Assembly (NCBI GenBank): GCA_963733295.1
Contig: CAVTCS010000003.1
Span: forward strand, 800,001 to 864,000
DNA length: 64,000 nucleotides
Direction: 5' to 3'
DNA from: Vulcanimicrobiota bacterium
Lineage (GTDB): Bacteria > Vulcanimicrobiota > Vulcanimicrobiia > Vulcanimicrobiales > Vulcanimicrobiaceae
Below the pieces are notes generated by a model, which did no database searches, had not been told where the DNA came from, and worked only from the letters and a program-made list of their open reading frames with translations. The first letter of the stretch is position 1, and each line of letters starts with the position of its first letter. Positions 52,701-62,391 of this stretch are shown here, piece after piece. The position numbers and the translations under genes are program-made.

Positions 52701-53453
52701 ATGTCCGGTCATTCCAAGTGGCACAACATCAAACTTCGCAAGGGAAAAGCCGATGCACAGCGCGGCGCGCTCTTCACCAAGCTCTCGAAGGAGATCATCC
52801 TCGCCGCCAAGAGCGGATCGCCCGATCCTGAAGCCAACTATCGCCTGAAGATGGCGGTCGAGAAAGCTCGCGAGAACAACGTTCCGCAGGACAACATCAA
52901 ACGGGCCATCGCGCGAGCGGGCGGCGCCGACGGGGCGAAAGAGATCGAGGAGATCCGGTACGAAGGATACGGTCCGGCGGGAGTGGCGATCGTCGTCGAC
53001 GCGGCGACCGATAACCGCAATCGCACCGCTGCCGAGCTGCGCTTTCTCTTTAGCCGGCACGGCGGGGCGCTTGGTGAATCGGGGAGCGTGGCTTGGATCT
53101 TCGAAGTGCGAGGGCTGATCGAAGTCGAAAACGGAACGTTCGACGAGGACGCATTGACCGAAGCGGCGCTGGTCGAGGGTGTCGTCGACGTTCATTACGG
53201 CAGCGATGAGGACCGTTCCGAAATCGTCACCGAACCGGCGGCCCTGGCCGCGGTGCGCGAGAGCTTGAGCGCCGCGGGGCTGCGGGTTCGCTCGATGGTG
53301 CTGGGAGTCGAGCCGCGCCAAAGCGTGGCGCCGGCCGGCGAGGAGCTGCGCGATGTCGTCGGCTTACTCGAGGCGCTGGAAGAACACGAAGACGTCGTGC
53401 GGGTGTATTCGAATGCGGAGTTCAACCTCGCGCAGCTCGAAGCGCTCGCGTAG
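52701..53453 (+). CDS. yebC: YebC/PmpR family protein
   Basis: MSGHSKWHNIK, YEGYGP, TDNRNRT. Confidence 0.95.
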   Translation: MSGHSKWHNIKLRKGKADAQRGALFTKLSKEIILAAKSGSPDPEANYRLKMAVEKARENNVPQDNIKRAIARAGGADGAKEIEEIRYEGYGPAGVAIVVDAATDNRNRTAAELRFLFSRHGGALGESGSVAWIFEVRGLIEVENGTFDEDALTEAALVEGVVDVHYGSDEDRSEIVTEPAALAAVRESLSAAGLRVRSMVLGVEPRQSVAPAGEELRDVVGLLEALEEHEDVVRVYSNAEFNLAQLEALA

Positions 53454-53454
53454 T

Positions 53455-54546
53455 GTGACCTCCGATGCCGCTCGCGCACCGGCCGTGCGGCGTCGAGGTT
53501 GGTGGTACGAACGCGATTGGTTTTTTGCCGTCGCGCTGGCCACGTTCGTCGGCACGACGGTCTGGTTCGGCGGCGCCATCCGCGACTTCTTCGCCCCGGC
53601 TTCGACCTCTATCACCGTGCCCGCGCTCACGGGACAAACCTCGGCCGATGCGGTCGCTTCGGCCGAACGCGCCAAACTTCGCGCCGTAATCGTCGAGCGC
53701 GCCGCCAGCGACCGCTATCCGGCCGACGTCGTGATGCGCCAGGATCCGTCGGCAGGCACCGAAGTGCGCGCCGGCAGGCAGATATCCTTAGCGGTCTCGA
53801 CGGGACTGCAAATATTTTCGATGCCGGACCTGCGCTACGAGGATTTGCGTGAAGTCAACCTCGACCTCGCGCACGACAAGTTGCAACTCGGCAAAGTGAA
53901 GACCGTTGCGAGCGACGAGGTTCCCGCCAACCGCGTCGTCGCACAAGATCCGGTACCGTTGACGGCCGTCCGGGTCGGAACCGTCGTCAACGTCGACTTC
54001 TCGAAGGGCGGGCCGCCCGCAATCAAGGTGCCGGCCTTCAAGGGCATGTCGATCGAGTCGGCGCGCGACCTCGCGGCGCGCGCGCACGTCGTGCTGGGAC
54101 AGATCGTGTGGACGCCGTTCGGGGAAGGCGGCCCGGCGCACGGGATCGTCGTTCGTCAAAACCCCGACGCGAACGCATCGATCGACCCGTCGCAGGCCGT
54201 CTCGTTGCAAGTGAGCGCCGGACCCGGCGTCGCCGGCTACATCGTGCGGCAAGTCCACGCCGTCGCGACCGTGCCCAGTCCGCAGGACGGGAGCGAGCGT
54301 GCGCAGCGAGTCCGAATCGAGGTCCGCGATGAAACGGGCCGCTGGAACGTCTACGACGCTTACGCCCAGCCGAAGCAGAAGCTCGACTTCAACCTGACCG
54401 TCGTGGGAACGAGCGAACTCGACGTCTACGTGGACAACGAGTTGATCAGCTCGACGAAGCTCGGCGTCGAGCCCTCCGATCGGCGGCATTCGAAAGGCGG
54501 CGGCGCGCCGGGCGACAATGGAGCTTCCACAGGAGGTAACCGCTGA
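53455..54546 (+). CDS. Membrane-anchored protein with three PASTA domains, no kinase domain
   Basis: One TM then VPALTG..QDP, MPDL..QDP, VPAFKG..QNP repeats. Confidence 0.85.
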   Translation: MTSDAARAPAVRRRGWWYERDWFFAVALATFVGTTVWFGGAIRDFFAPASTSITVPALTGQTSADAVASAERAKLRAVIVERAASDRYPADVVMRQDPSAGTEVRAGRQISLAVSTGLQIFSMPDLRYEDLREVNLDLAHDKLQLGKVKTVASDEVPANRVVAQDPVPLTAVRVGTVVNVDFSKGGPPAIKVPAFKGMSIESARDLAARAHVVLGQIVWTPFGEGGPAHGIVVRQNPDANASIDPSQAVSLQVSAGPGVAGYIVRQVHAVATVPSPQDGSERAQRVRIEVRDETGRWNVYDAYAQPKQKLDFNLTVVGTSELDVYVDNELISSTKLGVEPSDRRHSKGGGAPGDNGASTGGNR

Positions 54547-55220
54547 TGCGAATCGCGCCTTCGTTACTCTCCGCCGACTTTGCCCGCATCGCCGAGCAGA
54601 TCGCGATGGTTGAGGCCGCCGGAGCCGACTATTTGCACCTCGACATCATGGACGGCCGCTTCGTCCCCAACATCACGTGGGGACCGAAGATCATCGGCGA
54701 TCTGCGTCGCCTGTCGCCGCTCACGTTCGACGCGCATTTGATGATCGTCGAACCGGAGCGTTACGTTGAGGCCTTCCGCAAAGCCGGCGCCGACATCATC
54801 ACGGTCCACCAAGAGGCGAGCGTGCACCTCGACCGCACCCTCGCGCAGATCCGCGGGACCGGCGCAAAGGCCGGCGTCGCGCTCAATCCGGCCACTCCCG
54901 TTTCGATGTTGCAGGACGTGATCGGCAGCCTCGACTTGATTTTGATCATGAGCGTCAATCCCGGTTTCGGCGGCCAGTCTTTCATACCGAACTCGCTCAA
55001 GAAAGTGCGCGAGGCGCGCGCCCTGATCGATCGGGGCAACCCCGCGTGCGAGCTCGAGATCGACGGCGGCATCGGACGCGACAACATCGCGAAAGTCGTC
55101 GAAGCCGGCGTCGACGCCATCGTCATGGGTTCCAGCATCTTCGGCGCCCAAGATCCAGCGGCGGAGCTGCGCGCGCTACGCGCGCTGGGCGAACGAGGCG
55201 CCGCGGTGGCCGCCAGCTGA
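54546..55220 (+). CDS. rpe: Ribulose-phosphate 3-epimerase
   Basis: IAPSLLSADF, HLDIMDG, MSVNPGFGGQ, EIDGG. Confidence 0.96.
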   Translation: MRIAPSLLSADFARIAEQIAMVEAAGADYLHLDIMDGRFVPNITWGPKIIGDLRRLSPLTFDAHLMIVEPERYVEAFRKAGADIITVHQEASVHLDRTLAQIRGTGAKAGVALNPATPVSMLQDVIGSLDLILIMSVNPGFGGQSFIPNSLKKVREARALIDRGNPACELEIDGGIGRDNIAKVVEAGVDAIVMGSSIFGAQDPAAELRALRALGERGAAVAAS

Positions 55221-56251
55221 CCGAAGACGCGCTGGTCGCGGCGCTTCGCGCGATCGTCGAAGACGTGCCCGGCACGGCGCCGCGCGTGAGGCTTGGGATC
55301 GGTGACGACGCGGCCGCCTGGAAGCCCTCGCGTTCGCACCTTTCGGTCATCACCACCGACGCGCTCGTCGACGGCGTGCACTTTCTGACCCGAGTTACCG
55401 CCGCTCGCGCGATCGGCCATCGCGCGATGGCCGCGAATCTCAGCGACGTCGCCGCAATGGGCGCTCGTCCGGTGCTCGCGACGGTCGCACTCGGCGTCGC
55501 AGCGGACACGCCGGAAGATTGGATTCTCGAGTGTTACCGCGGAATGGCCGCGCTCGCGGCGCGTCATCGCACGCGCATCGTCGGCGGCGACATCACGCGC
55601 GCCCCGACTGCGATGCTCGCGCTGACCGTGGTCGGCGAGGTCGCGCCAAGCCGCCTCAAGCGGCGCGACGCCGGGAAGCCGGGCGACGTCATCGCGGTGA
55701 CGGGACCGCTCGGAGCGAGCCGCGCCGGACTCGAGATCGTGCGCAACTCACCCGAACTCGAGGCCTTCGTGCGCGCCGCGGCGCTCGCTGCGTACGAAAC
55801 GCCCGAGCCGCGCGTACTCGAGGGCCGCTGGCTCGCCGCCTCGCGCAACGTGCACGCGATGATCGATTCCTCCGACGGTCTCTCGACCGACCTCGCGCGG
55901 CTCGCCACGGCGAGCGGTTGCGGAGCGACGATCGCCGAGCTTGCGGTGCATCCCGCCGCCGAAGCCGTCGCGCGCGCGCTGGGCGACGACGCGCGCGAGT
56001 ACGCGCTCCACGGCGGCGAGGATTTCGAGCTGATCGTCGCCGTCGCGCCGCGAGCCTTCGCCTATCTCGCGAAGCGTTTCGAAGGTCGCTTCGGTCGTCC
56101 GCTGCTTGCGGTAGGCCGCCTCGACGGCGCGCCCGGATTACGCCTCCGCGAGCGCAATGCCGAGCGCGAGCTGATTGCCGCCGGTTACGATCATCTGCTT
56201 CGCGCAGACACGGCGCGCGCCGCGTCGAGCGGCAGGGCCGGAACGCGCTAG
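55217..56251 (+). CDS. thiL: Thiamine-monophosphate kinase (probable CTG start)
   Basis: GIGDDAA, NLSDVAAMG, GGD, DSSDGL, GGEDFEL, GYDH. Confidence 0.93.
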   Translation: MTEDALVAALRAIVEDVPGTAPRVRLGIGDDAAAWKPSRSHLSVITTDALVDGVHFLTRVTAARAIGHRAMAANLSDVAAMGARPVLATVALGVAADTPEDWILECYRGMAALAARHRTRIVGGDITRAPTAMLALTVVGEVAPSRLKRRDAGKPGDVIAVTGPLGASRAGLEIVRNSPELEAFVRAAALAAYETPEPRVLEGRWLAASRNVHAMIDSSDGLSTDLARLATASGCGATIAELAVHPAAEAVARALGDDAREYALHGGEDFELIVAVAPRAFAYLAKRFEGRFGRPLLAVGRLDGAPGLRLRERNAERELIAAGYDHLLRADTARAASSGRAGTR

Positions 56252-56253
56252 AG

Positions 56254-56445
56254 CTAGCCGGCTCGCTTGACCCGGCGCGAGCGGATGCATTGGGTGCAGA
56301 CCCGCAGGGTCCGGTGCGTCCCGCGTTCGTCGACCTTGACCGGCTGGAGGTTGGGCAGCCAGCGGCGCTTGGTCTTGTTCATGGCGTGGCTCACGTTGTT
56401 GCCGGCCATCGGACCCTTCCCGCAAACGTCGCAGCGCTTCGCCAT
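56254..56445 (-). CDS. rpmB: 50S ribosomal protein L28 (zinc-ribbon type)
   Basis: [32 protein letters not shown]. Confidence 0.96.
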   Translation of the reverse strand: MAKRCDVCGKGPMAGNNVSHAMNKTKRRWLPNLQPVKVDERGTHRTLRVCTQCIRSRRVKRAG

Positions 56446-56509
56446 CGTCCCCGTATCCTTCAAAAATGTAGAGCAGGCACGCCGGAGGCCGGCGCGCGAC
56501 AACTTCCGG

Positions 56510-56538
56510 AGTATACACGAGGCCGCCCCCGAGCGCAA
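56510..56538 (-). promoter_or_regulatory. Sigma70-type promoter of rpmB
   Basis: Minus strand TTGCGC-N17-TATACT, about 65 nt upstream of ATG. Confidence 0.65.
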
Positions 56539-56598
56539 CGCTCGCCGCCGTCCCCCTGGCAAAGGAGCCCGGGGTGAGCGCTCGTAACAAGGGCGGGC

Positions 56599-57663
56599 GT
56601 GGCCAGTGCTGTCGACGTCCCCGGACTTTTGGATGGAGCCGCGCGCACGCCACGCATCGCGATCGACGCGATGGGCGGAGATAACGCACCCGAAGAGATC
56701 GTCGCCGGCGCCGTTCTAGCGCAGCGGGCCGGGCTCGGCGACATGATTCTGGTCGGTGACGAGAAGCGCATCCGGCCGCTCCTCCAGCACCACAAGACGG
56801 GCGGAATCGAGGTCGTCCACGCGTCGGGTGTCATCGCCATGGACGCAAACCCCTCGCAAGCGCTGCGCGCCAGCGACGATACCTCGCTCGGCATAGCCGT
56901 CGACCTCGTTCGCGACGGCAAGGCCGACGCGGTCGTATCGGCCGGCAATAGCGGCGCATTTCTCGCGATCGCGCTGATCCGGCTGCGCACGATTCCCGGA
57001 ATCGCCCGGCCCGCGATCGCGGTCGTCTTTCCGGCGCGGAAGGGTCCGGTCATTCTGCTCGACTCAGGCGCGAACGTCGACTGCCGTCCCGAATGGTTCG
57101 CGCAATTCGGCGTGATGGGAAGCGCATACGCGCGCGCCGTGCTCGACATTCCGAACCCGAAGGTGGGCATCATCTCGGTCGGTGAGGAGCGCGTCAAGGG
57201 GAACGCCCAGACGATCGAAGCGGCTCGCTGCCTCGAGGAAGCTCCGGTCAACTTTATCGGCAACGTTGAGGGCAAGGACGTGTTCGTCAACGTCGCCGAC
57301 GTCTACGTCACCGACGGTTTCGTAGGTAACGTCATGCTCAAGCTGAGCGAAGGCGTGGCGCAGTTCATCACCGAGATCGTGGCGGGCGAATTCCGCGCGG
57401 GCGGCCTGGTCGTGAAGCTCGGTGCGCTCCTCGCGCGCCCCGCGCTGCGCCGCATTCGCGCCAAGCTGAGCTACGACAGCTACGGCGGCGCGCCGCTCCT
57501 CGGCTTGCGCGGGAACTGCATCGTCGCGCACGGGCGCGCCAACCGGCACGCGATCGCGAGCGCGGTGCGCGCGGCCGTCGCCGAAGTGCGCGAAGACGTC
57601 GTAGGACGCATCGGCGAACTGGTCGCGACGAGCGAGGCCGCCGGCGAGGTCAAGCGCGCGTAA
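56599..57663 (+). CDS. plsX: Phosphate acyltransferase PlsX
   Basis: [35 protein letters not shown]. Confidence 0.95.
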   Translation: MASAVDVPGLLDGAARTPRIAIDAMGGDNAPEEIVAGAVLAQRAGLGDMILVGDEKRIRPLLQHHKTGGIEVVHASGVIAMDANPSQALRASDDTSLGIAVDLVRDGKADAVVSAGNSGAFLAIALIRLRTIPGIARPAIAVVFPARKGPVILLDSGANVDCRPEWFAQFGVMGSAYARAVLDIPNPKVGIISVGEERVKGNAQTIEAARCLEEAPVNFIGNVEGKDVFVNVADVYVTDGFVGNVMLKLSEGVAQFITEIVAGEFRAGGLVVKLGALLARPALRRIRAKLSYDSYGGAPLLGLRGNCIVAHGRANRHAIASAVRAAVAEVREDVVGRIGELVATSEAAGEVKRA

Positions 57664-57668
57664 CGCAC

Positions 57669-58799
57669 GTGGCGAACCCGAGTCTTTACGTCCACCTCCC
57701 GTTTTGCCCGTACATCTGCCCGTACTGCGACTTTGCCAAGTGGCCGCTCTCGCGAAGCCGCGCCGCGCGCTACCTGAGCGCGCTCGAATGCGAGATCGAG
57801 CGCGCCCCGAAGTTCGCGGCAGCCACGGTGTTTCTCGGCGGCGGTACGCCCAACGCCTACGAGCCGGGCGTCGTCGCTGCGCTCGTCGAGCGCTTGCGCC
57901 GCAGCTTTGCGGTTCCGTCCGGCGTCGAGATCTCAGCCGAGGCGAATCCGGATGCCGGACTCTGCGCGAGTTTCGCGGAGTATCGCGCGGCCGGCGTTAA
58001 CCGGCTCTCGTTCGGCGTACAGTCTTTCGTCGAAGAAGAGTTGCGCGTGCTGGGCCGGCGCCATTCGCCGGACGACGTCGCGCAAGCGGTCGCGCGGGCG
58101 CGCGCGGACGGTTTCGGCAACCTCTCGCTAGATCTGATCTTCGGCATTCCCGGACAGAGCCCCGAAAGCTGGCAGCGCTCGCTCGACGCAGCGCTGGCAC
58201 TCGAACCCCAGCACGTCTCGACCTACGGCTTAACCGTCGAGGCCGGAACGCCGTTCGCACTCTGGCAGGCGCGCGAGCCGGGCGCCTTTCCGCGCGACGA
58301 CCTCGAAGCCGAACTCTACGGACTCGCCATCGACACCCTCGAGGCCGCCGGTTATCAGCAGTACGAGATCAGCAACTTCGCGCGGCCCGGTTTCCGCTGC
58401 GTACACAACGAAAACTATTGGGCGAACGGCGAGTATCTGGGAATCGGAGTCGGTGCGGCCTCGTTCCTGGGGGGAGTGCGCTCGACGCACACGCGGGATC
58501 TCGACGCGTACGTCGCCGCTGCGAGCGGGGCCGGCGCGATTCCCGGAGAGAGCGAGCGCCTCGAAGGCCCGGCGCGCCTCGGCGAGGCGGCGATGCTCGC
58601 TCTGCGGACGCGCCAGGGGGTAGATATCGCGACCTTTGCGGAACGGTATGGAGTCGATGTGCTGGCTTATTACGAACCGGTTTTGTCCGAAATGACCGCC
58701 GCAGGAATGCTCGAGGTCGGAACCTCCCAGGTAAGGCTGACGCGGCGCGGCCGCTTTTTGGCGAACGACGTCTGCGCCGCCTTCGTGAACTTCGCATGA
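57669..58799 (+). CDS. hemW: Radical SAM heme chaperone HemW
   Basis: YVHLPFCPYICPYCDF, GGGTP, YEISNF, HNENYW. Confidence 0.9.
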   Translation: MANPSLYVHLPFCPYICPYCDFAKWPLSRSRAARYLSALECEIERAPKFAAATVFLGGGTPNAYEPGVVAALVERLRRSFAVPSGVEISAEANPDAGLCASFAEYRAAGVNRLSFGVQSFVEEELRVLGRRHSPDDVAQAVARARADGFGNLSLDLIFGIPGQSPESWQRSLDAALALEPQHVSTYGLTVEAGTPFALWQAREPGAFPRDDLEAELYGLAIDTLEAAGYQQYEISNFARPGFRCVHNENYWANGEYLGIGVGAASFLGGVRSTHTRDLDAYVAAASGAGAIPGESERLEGPARLGEAAMLALRTRQGVDIATFAERYGVDVLAYYEPVLSEMTAAGMLEVGTSQVRLTRRGRFLANDVCAAFVNFA

Positions 58800-59899
58800 G
58801 CGCCGCGATGTCGACGACGATGCTGCGCGTCTTCTTCATGCTGGTCTTCGCGACCGCCGGCTTCTTGCTGGGACGCGAAGCCTACACCCACATGATCTCG
58901 CTGCACGTCGCGAGCCAAATTTGGCTGATCGGCCTGACGATCGTCGTGCCGGTAGTCGGCGCCGTCATGGGGCTCTTCATCGCACCTTTCGCGCAGACTG
59001 CGTTCGAGAGCCTGTTGAGCGACGTCGAGCACGGTATGGAGAATCTCGCTCAAGGACAGCTCGTCGGCGGCGCGATCGGACTGATCGCCGGCCTGATCGT
59101 CGCGTTCCTCATCAAGAGCGTGCTCTTCGATTTCATCGCCAACGTGGGAACGGCCGGGACCTACGTCGCGATCGTGCTCTACATTCTGCTCAGCATCTTC
59201 ATCGCATACTTGGGCGCGCGCATCGGCGCGAAACAGCATTTCGGTTCGCTTCCTCAGAGCGCGCGGGCCGCGCTCCAAAGCCCCGGCGCGGTGCCGAAAT
59301 TGATCGATACGTCGGTCATCGTCGACGGGCGCGTCCTCGAGATCGTGCAGAGCGGTTTCCTCGAGGGCCCGCTCGTCTTGCCGCGCTTCGTCCTGCGGGA
59401 GCTGCAGCTGATCGCCGACTCGCTCGATCCGATGAAGCGCACGCGGGGGCGCCGGGGCCTAGAAGTTCTCTCGAAACTGCAAGAGCTGGCGCCGCTCGAA
59501 ATCGCCGAGCGCGACTACGACGACGTCGGCGGATCGGTCGATGCGAAACTCGTGCGCCTTGCTCTCGAGCGGAGCGCCAAGCTCGTCACGAACGACTACA
59601 ATCTCAACCGCGTCGCGCAACTCGAAGGCGTCGTCGTTCTGAACGTCAACGAGCTCGCGGGTGCCGTGAAGCCGGTGGTGCTGCCGGGAGAAGAGCTTCA
59701 CGTCGCCATCGTGCGCGACGGGAAAGAAGCTCATCAAGGCGTCGGCTACCTCGACGACGGAACGATGATCGTCGTCGAAAATGGGCGCCGGCTGATCGGG
59801 GAAGACACCGACGTTCAAGTGACCAGCGTCCTGCAGACGGTCGCCGGCCGCATGATCTTCGCGAAGATCAAACGGCCGTCGCATGTCGGTAACGGGTAA
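58796..59899 (+). CDS. Membrane PIN/TRAM domain protein (YacL-like)
   Basis: 4 TM; IDTSVIVDGR, RGRRGL, TNDYNL, GVGYLDDGTMIVVE, QTVAGRMIF. Confidence 0.92.
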   Translation: MSAAMSTTMLRVFFMLVFATAGFLLGREAYTHMISLHVASQIWLIGLTIVVPVVGAVMGLFIAPFAQTAFESLLSDVEHGMENLAQGQLVGGAIGLIAGLIVAFLIKSVLFDFIANVGTAGTYVAIVLYILLSIFIAYLGARIGAKQHFGSLPQSARAALQSPGAVPKLIDTSVIVDGRVLEIVQSGFLEGPLVLPRFVLRELQLIADSLDPMKRTRGRRGLEVLSKLQELAPLEIAERDYDDVGGSVDAKLVRLALERSAKLVTNDYNLNRVAQLEGVVVLNVNELAGAVKPVVLPGEELHVAIVRDGKEAHQGVGYLDDGTMIVVENGRRLIGEDTDVQVTSVLQTVAGRMIFAKIKRPSHVGNG

Positions 59900-59904
59900 G
59901 CGCA

Positions 59905-60618
59905 ATGCCGGGTGGGCTCAAGTTTTGCGGCATCATCGTCGCCGCGGGGCGCGGCGTGCGCTTCGGACGGCCCAAGCAACTCGTTGAGGTTGCGGGGCGC
60001 CCGCTGATCGCTTGGTCGATCGCGGTCTTCGGGGCGATGCGCGAAATCGACGACCTCGTCATCGCGACCGAACCGGAGCACGTCGAGGGCATGCAGCGTT
60101 TGGCCGCGACCTGGGCGCAGCGTCTCTCGACGAGCGTGATCGCCGGCGGGGCGACGCGGCAGGGGAGCGTTCGGGCCGGGTTGGCGGCGGTTCCGGCGAG
60201 TTGCGACGCCGTGTTCGTACACGACGGTGCCCGTCCGCTCGTGCAGGTCGACGACGTGCGCAGCGGCATGGCGCTCGTGAAGCCGGGCGTCGCTTCGCTG
60301 CTGGCGGCGCCGGTCGTCGACACGATCAAGGTCGTCGCGCCCGGCGGCCGCGCCGTCGCGCGCACGCTCGACCGCAAGGAGCTTTGGGCCGCCCAGACGC
60401 CGCAGTTCGCGACGGTCGCAGACCTTCGGCGCGCTCACGAAGCGGCGCAGTGGGAACAAATCGAGGCGACCGACGACGCCGCACTGCTCGAGCGAATCGG
60501 TGTCGAAGTTTTGGTCGTACCCGCGAGCGGCGACAACTTTAAGGTAACGCTGCGCGGCGATCGCGATTTGGCCGAAACGATCCTGCGCGAGCGTTCGTCG
60601 CTCGTGCCCAAACGGTGA
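59905..60618 (+). CDS. ispD: 2-C-methyl-D-erythritol 4-phosphate cytidylyltransferase
   Basis: AAGRGVR, HDGARP, QTPQ, TDDA, NFKVT. Confidence 0.94.
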   Translation: MPGGLKFCGIIVAAGRGVRFGRPKQLVEVAGRPLIAWSIAVFGAMREIDDLVIATEPEHVEGMQRLAATWAQRLSTSVIAGGATRQGSVRAGLAAVPASCDAVFVHDGARPLVQVDDVRSGMALVKPGVASLLAAPVVDTIKVVAPGGRAVARTLDRKELWAAQTPQFATVADLRRAHEAAQWEQIEATDDAALLERIGVEVLVVPASGDNFKVTLRGDRDLAETILRERSSLVPKR

Positions 60619-61109
60619 GCGCGCGCGTCGGCCACGGTTTCGACGTGCACCGTCTCGTCGAGGGGCGCCCGTTCATCTTGGGCGGCGTTCGTATACCCTT
60701 CGAGCGGGGCCCGCTCGGCCATTCGGATGCCGACGTCCTCGCGCACGCGATCGCCGACGCAATCCTGGGCGGTTGCGCGCTGGGCGACCTGGGTGCCCAT
60801 TTTCCGGATGACGATCCGCGCTGGAAGGACGCCGACTCGATGCACCTGCTCGAGGAAAGCGCCCGCCTGGCGCGTGAGTCCGGTTACGAAGTCGGTAACG
60901 TGGACGCGACGGTCGTGGTGCAGGCCCCTAAACTGGCGGCCCACTTGCCCGCGATCAGGGCCAGGCTCGCCGAGGTCTTGCGCATCGATTTGGACGCGGT
61001 TAGTGTCAAAGCTAAGACGAGCGAAGGCTTGGGGTATACCGGCGATGGGACGGGAATCGCCGCCTACGCCGTGGCCGGGCTCAACCGCTCGAGCGTGCCG
61101 CAAAAGTGA
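60615..61109 (+). CDS. ispF: MECDP synthase
   Basis: GFDVH, GHSDADV, DLGAHFP, KAKTSE. Confidence 0.95.
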   Translation: MSARVGHGFDVHRLVEGRPFILGGVRIPFERGPLGHSDADVLAHAIADAILGGCALGDLGAHFPDDDPRWKDADSMHLLEESARLARESGYEVGNVDATVVVQAPKLAAHLPAIRARLAEVLRIDLDAVSVKAKTSEGLGYTGDGTGIAAYAVAGLNRSSVPQK

Positions 61110-61714
61110 ACGACGACGATCGAAATCCGCCCCTGCTGGACCAACCCATCGGACGCGCGTCATCGCGCGCCGAGCTTTGCGACCGGCTGCGCGAGGTGAT
61201 GCAACAGGCGGGCTACCTGGAGAAACCGGCGCCGCCGGCCGCGTTGCGCTGGATCGACACCTTCGTCGACGCCTACGCCGCGCAGATGAGCACGCTGCGC
61301 GACGCGCTCCCGCTCGTCGCGGCCTTGCGCGCCGAAGCGCCGCTCGTTCCGGCTCTTGCGCTGGAACGGTTGCGCAGCCGCAACGTCATCTTTTTCCTCG
61401 ATACGATTGGGCAGTACGTCGACGACCAGCCGGAGTTGCGCGGACTGCCCCTCGAACACGACCTCGGAGAGATCGCAAGCGAGTTCGGGCTCGAGCGGAG
61501 CGACGCCGACTGGGCGCTGCGCATGGCTTTGACCGGCGAAGAGAGCGGACCGCCGTTCGAACTCTTGTTCCCGTTGCTCGGACACGATCGGATCATGCTG
61601 CGTATCGGGGCGATCAGTTCGCACTTGTTGCACGGACGCGGTCTCGAGCCCATCAAATTCGGACCCGACGGCAAGCCTTTCGCTCCGATCGGAAGCGCGA
61701 AGCCCCACGCATGA
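61106..61714 (+). CDS. Stand-alone glutamyl-tRNA synthetase anticodon-binding-domain-like protein
   Basis: ALRMALTGEESGPPFELLFPLLGHDRIMLRI resembles the GluRS C-terminus; gltX position; no HIGH/KMSKS. Confidence 0.75.
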   Translation: MNDDDRNPPLLDQPIGRASSRAELCDRLREVMQQAGYLEKPAPPAALRWIDTFVDAYAAQMSTLRDALPLVAALRAEAPLVPALALERLRSRNVIFFLDTIGQYVDDQPELRGLPLEHDLGEIASEFGLERSDADWALRMALTGEESGPPFELLFPLLGHDRIMLRIGAISSHLLHGRGLEPIKFGPDGKPFAPIGSAKPHA

Positions 61715-62391
61715 GCCTCCTTCGAACGATCGCCGCCGACTTGCAAGCGCCGCTCAAACGCGATCCGGCCGCGCGCGGATACCTCGACGTGCTGCTTTCG
61801 TATCCCGGCTTTCACGCCGTGACCGCGCACCGCTTCATCCATCTCTTGCAAGGCGCGAAGATTCCGCTCGTCCCGCGCTTCTTAGCGAACGTCATGCGCT
61901 TTGCGACCGGGATCGAGATCCATCCGTCCGCCCGGCTCGGCAAAGGCTTTTTCATCGATCACGGTTCGGGTGTCGTCATCGGCGAAACGGTCGAAGCCGG
62001 TGACGACGTCACGCTCTATCAGGGCGTGACCCTCGGCGGAACGAGCCTCGCCGGCGGCAAGCGTCATCCGACGCTCGGCAACCGCGTGACGGTCGGGGTC
62101 GGGGCCGCGATCCTCGGCGCGATCGTCGTCGGAGACGATGCGAAGGTCGGCGCCGGATCGGTCGTCGTGCGCGACGTGCCGCCCAATTCCACCGTCGTCG
62201 GGATACCGGGCCATATCGTGCTGCAGGACGGGAAACCGGTGCGCAACGCGCTGCCGAGCTCGAAGGTTTTCATGCCGGATCCAAGCGCCGCGGAGATCGC
62301 GCAGCTGGAGGAGCGCATCGCCGCGCTGGAACGGCGCTTCGCCGAACTTCAGCGCTCGCCCGGTTTGACGAATGTCCCTCCGGCTGTATAA
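61711..62391 (+). CDS. cysE: Serine O-acetyltransferase
   Basis: RDPAA, YPG, TGIEIHP, FIDHG, GVTLGGT, KRHPT. Confidence 0.95.
   Translation: MSLLRTIAADLQAPLKRDPAARGYLDVLLSYPGFHAVTAHRFIHLLQGAKIPLVPRFLANVMRFATGIEIHPSARLGKGFFIDHGSGVVIGETVEAGDDVTLYQGVTLGGTSLAGGKRHPTLGNRVTVGVGAAILGAIVVGDDAKVGAGSVVVRDVPPNSTVVGIPGHIVLQDGKPVRNALPSSKVFMPDPSAAEIAQLEERIAALERRFAELQRSPGLTNVPPAV

Noticed and set aside
57669..58799. Radical SAM as RiPP maturase for the 35-aa peptide
   Set aside because: Motifs are those of housekeeping HemW, there is no SPASM/RRE domain, and it is 44 kb away
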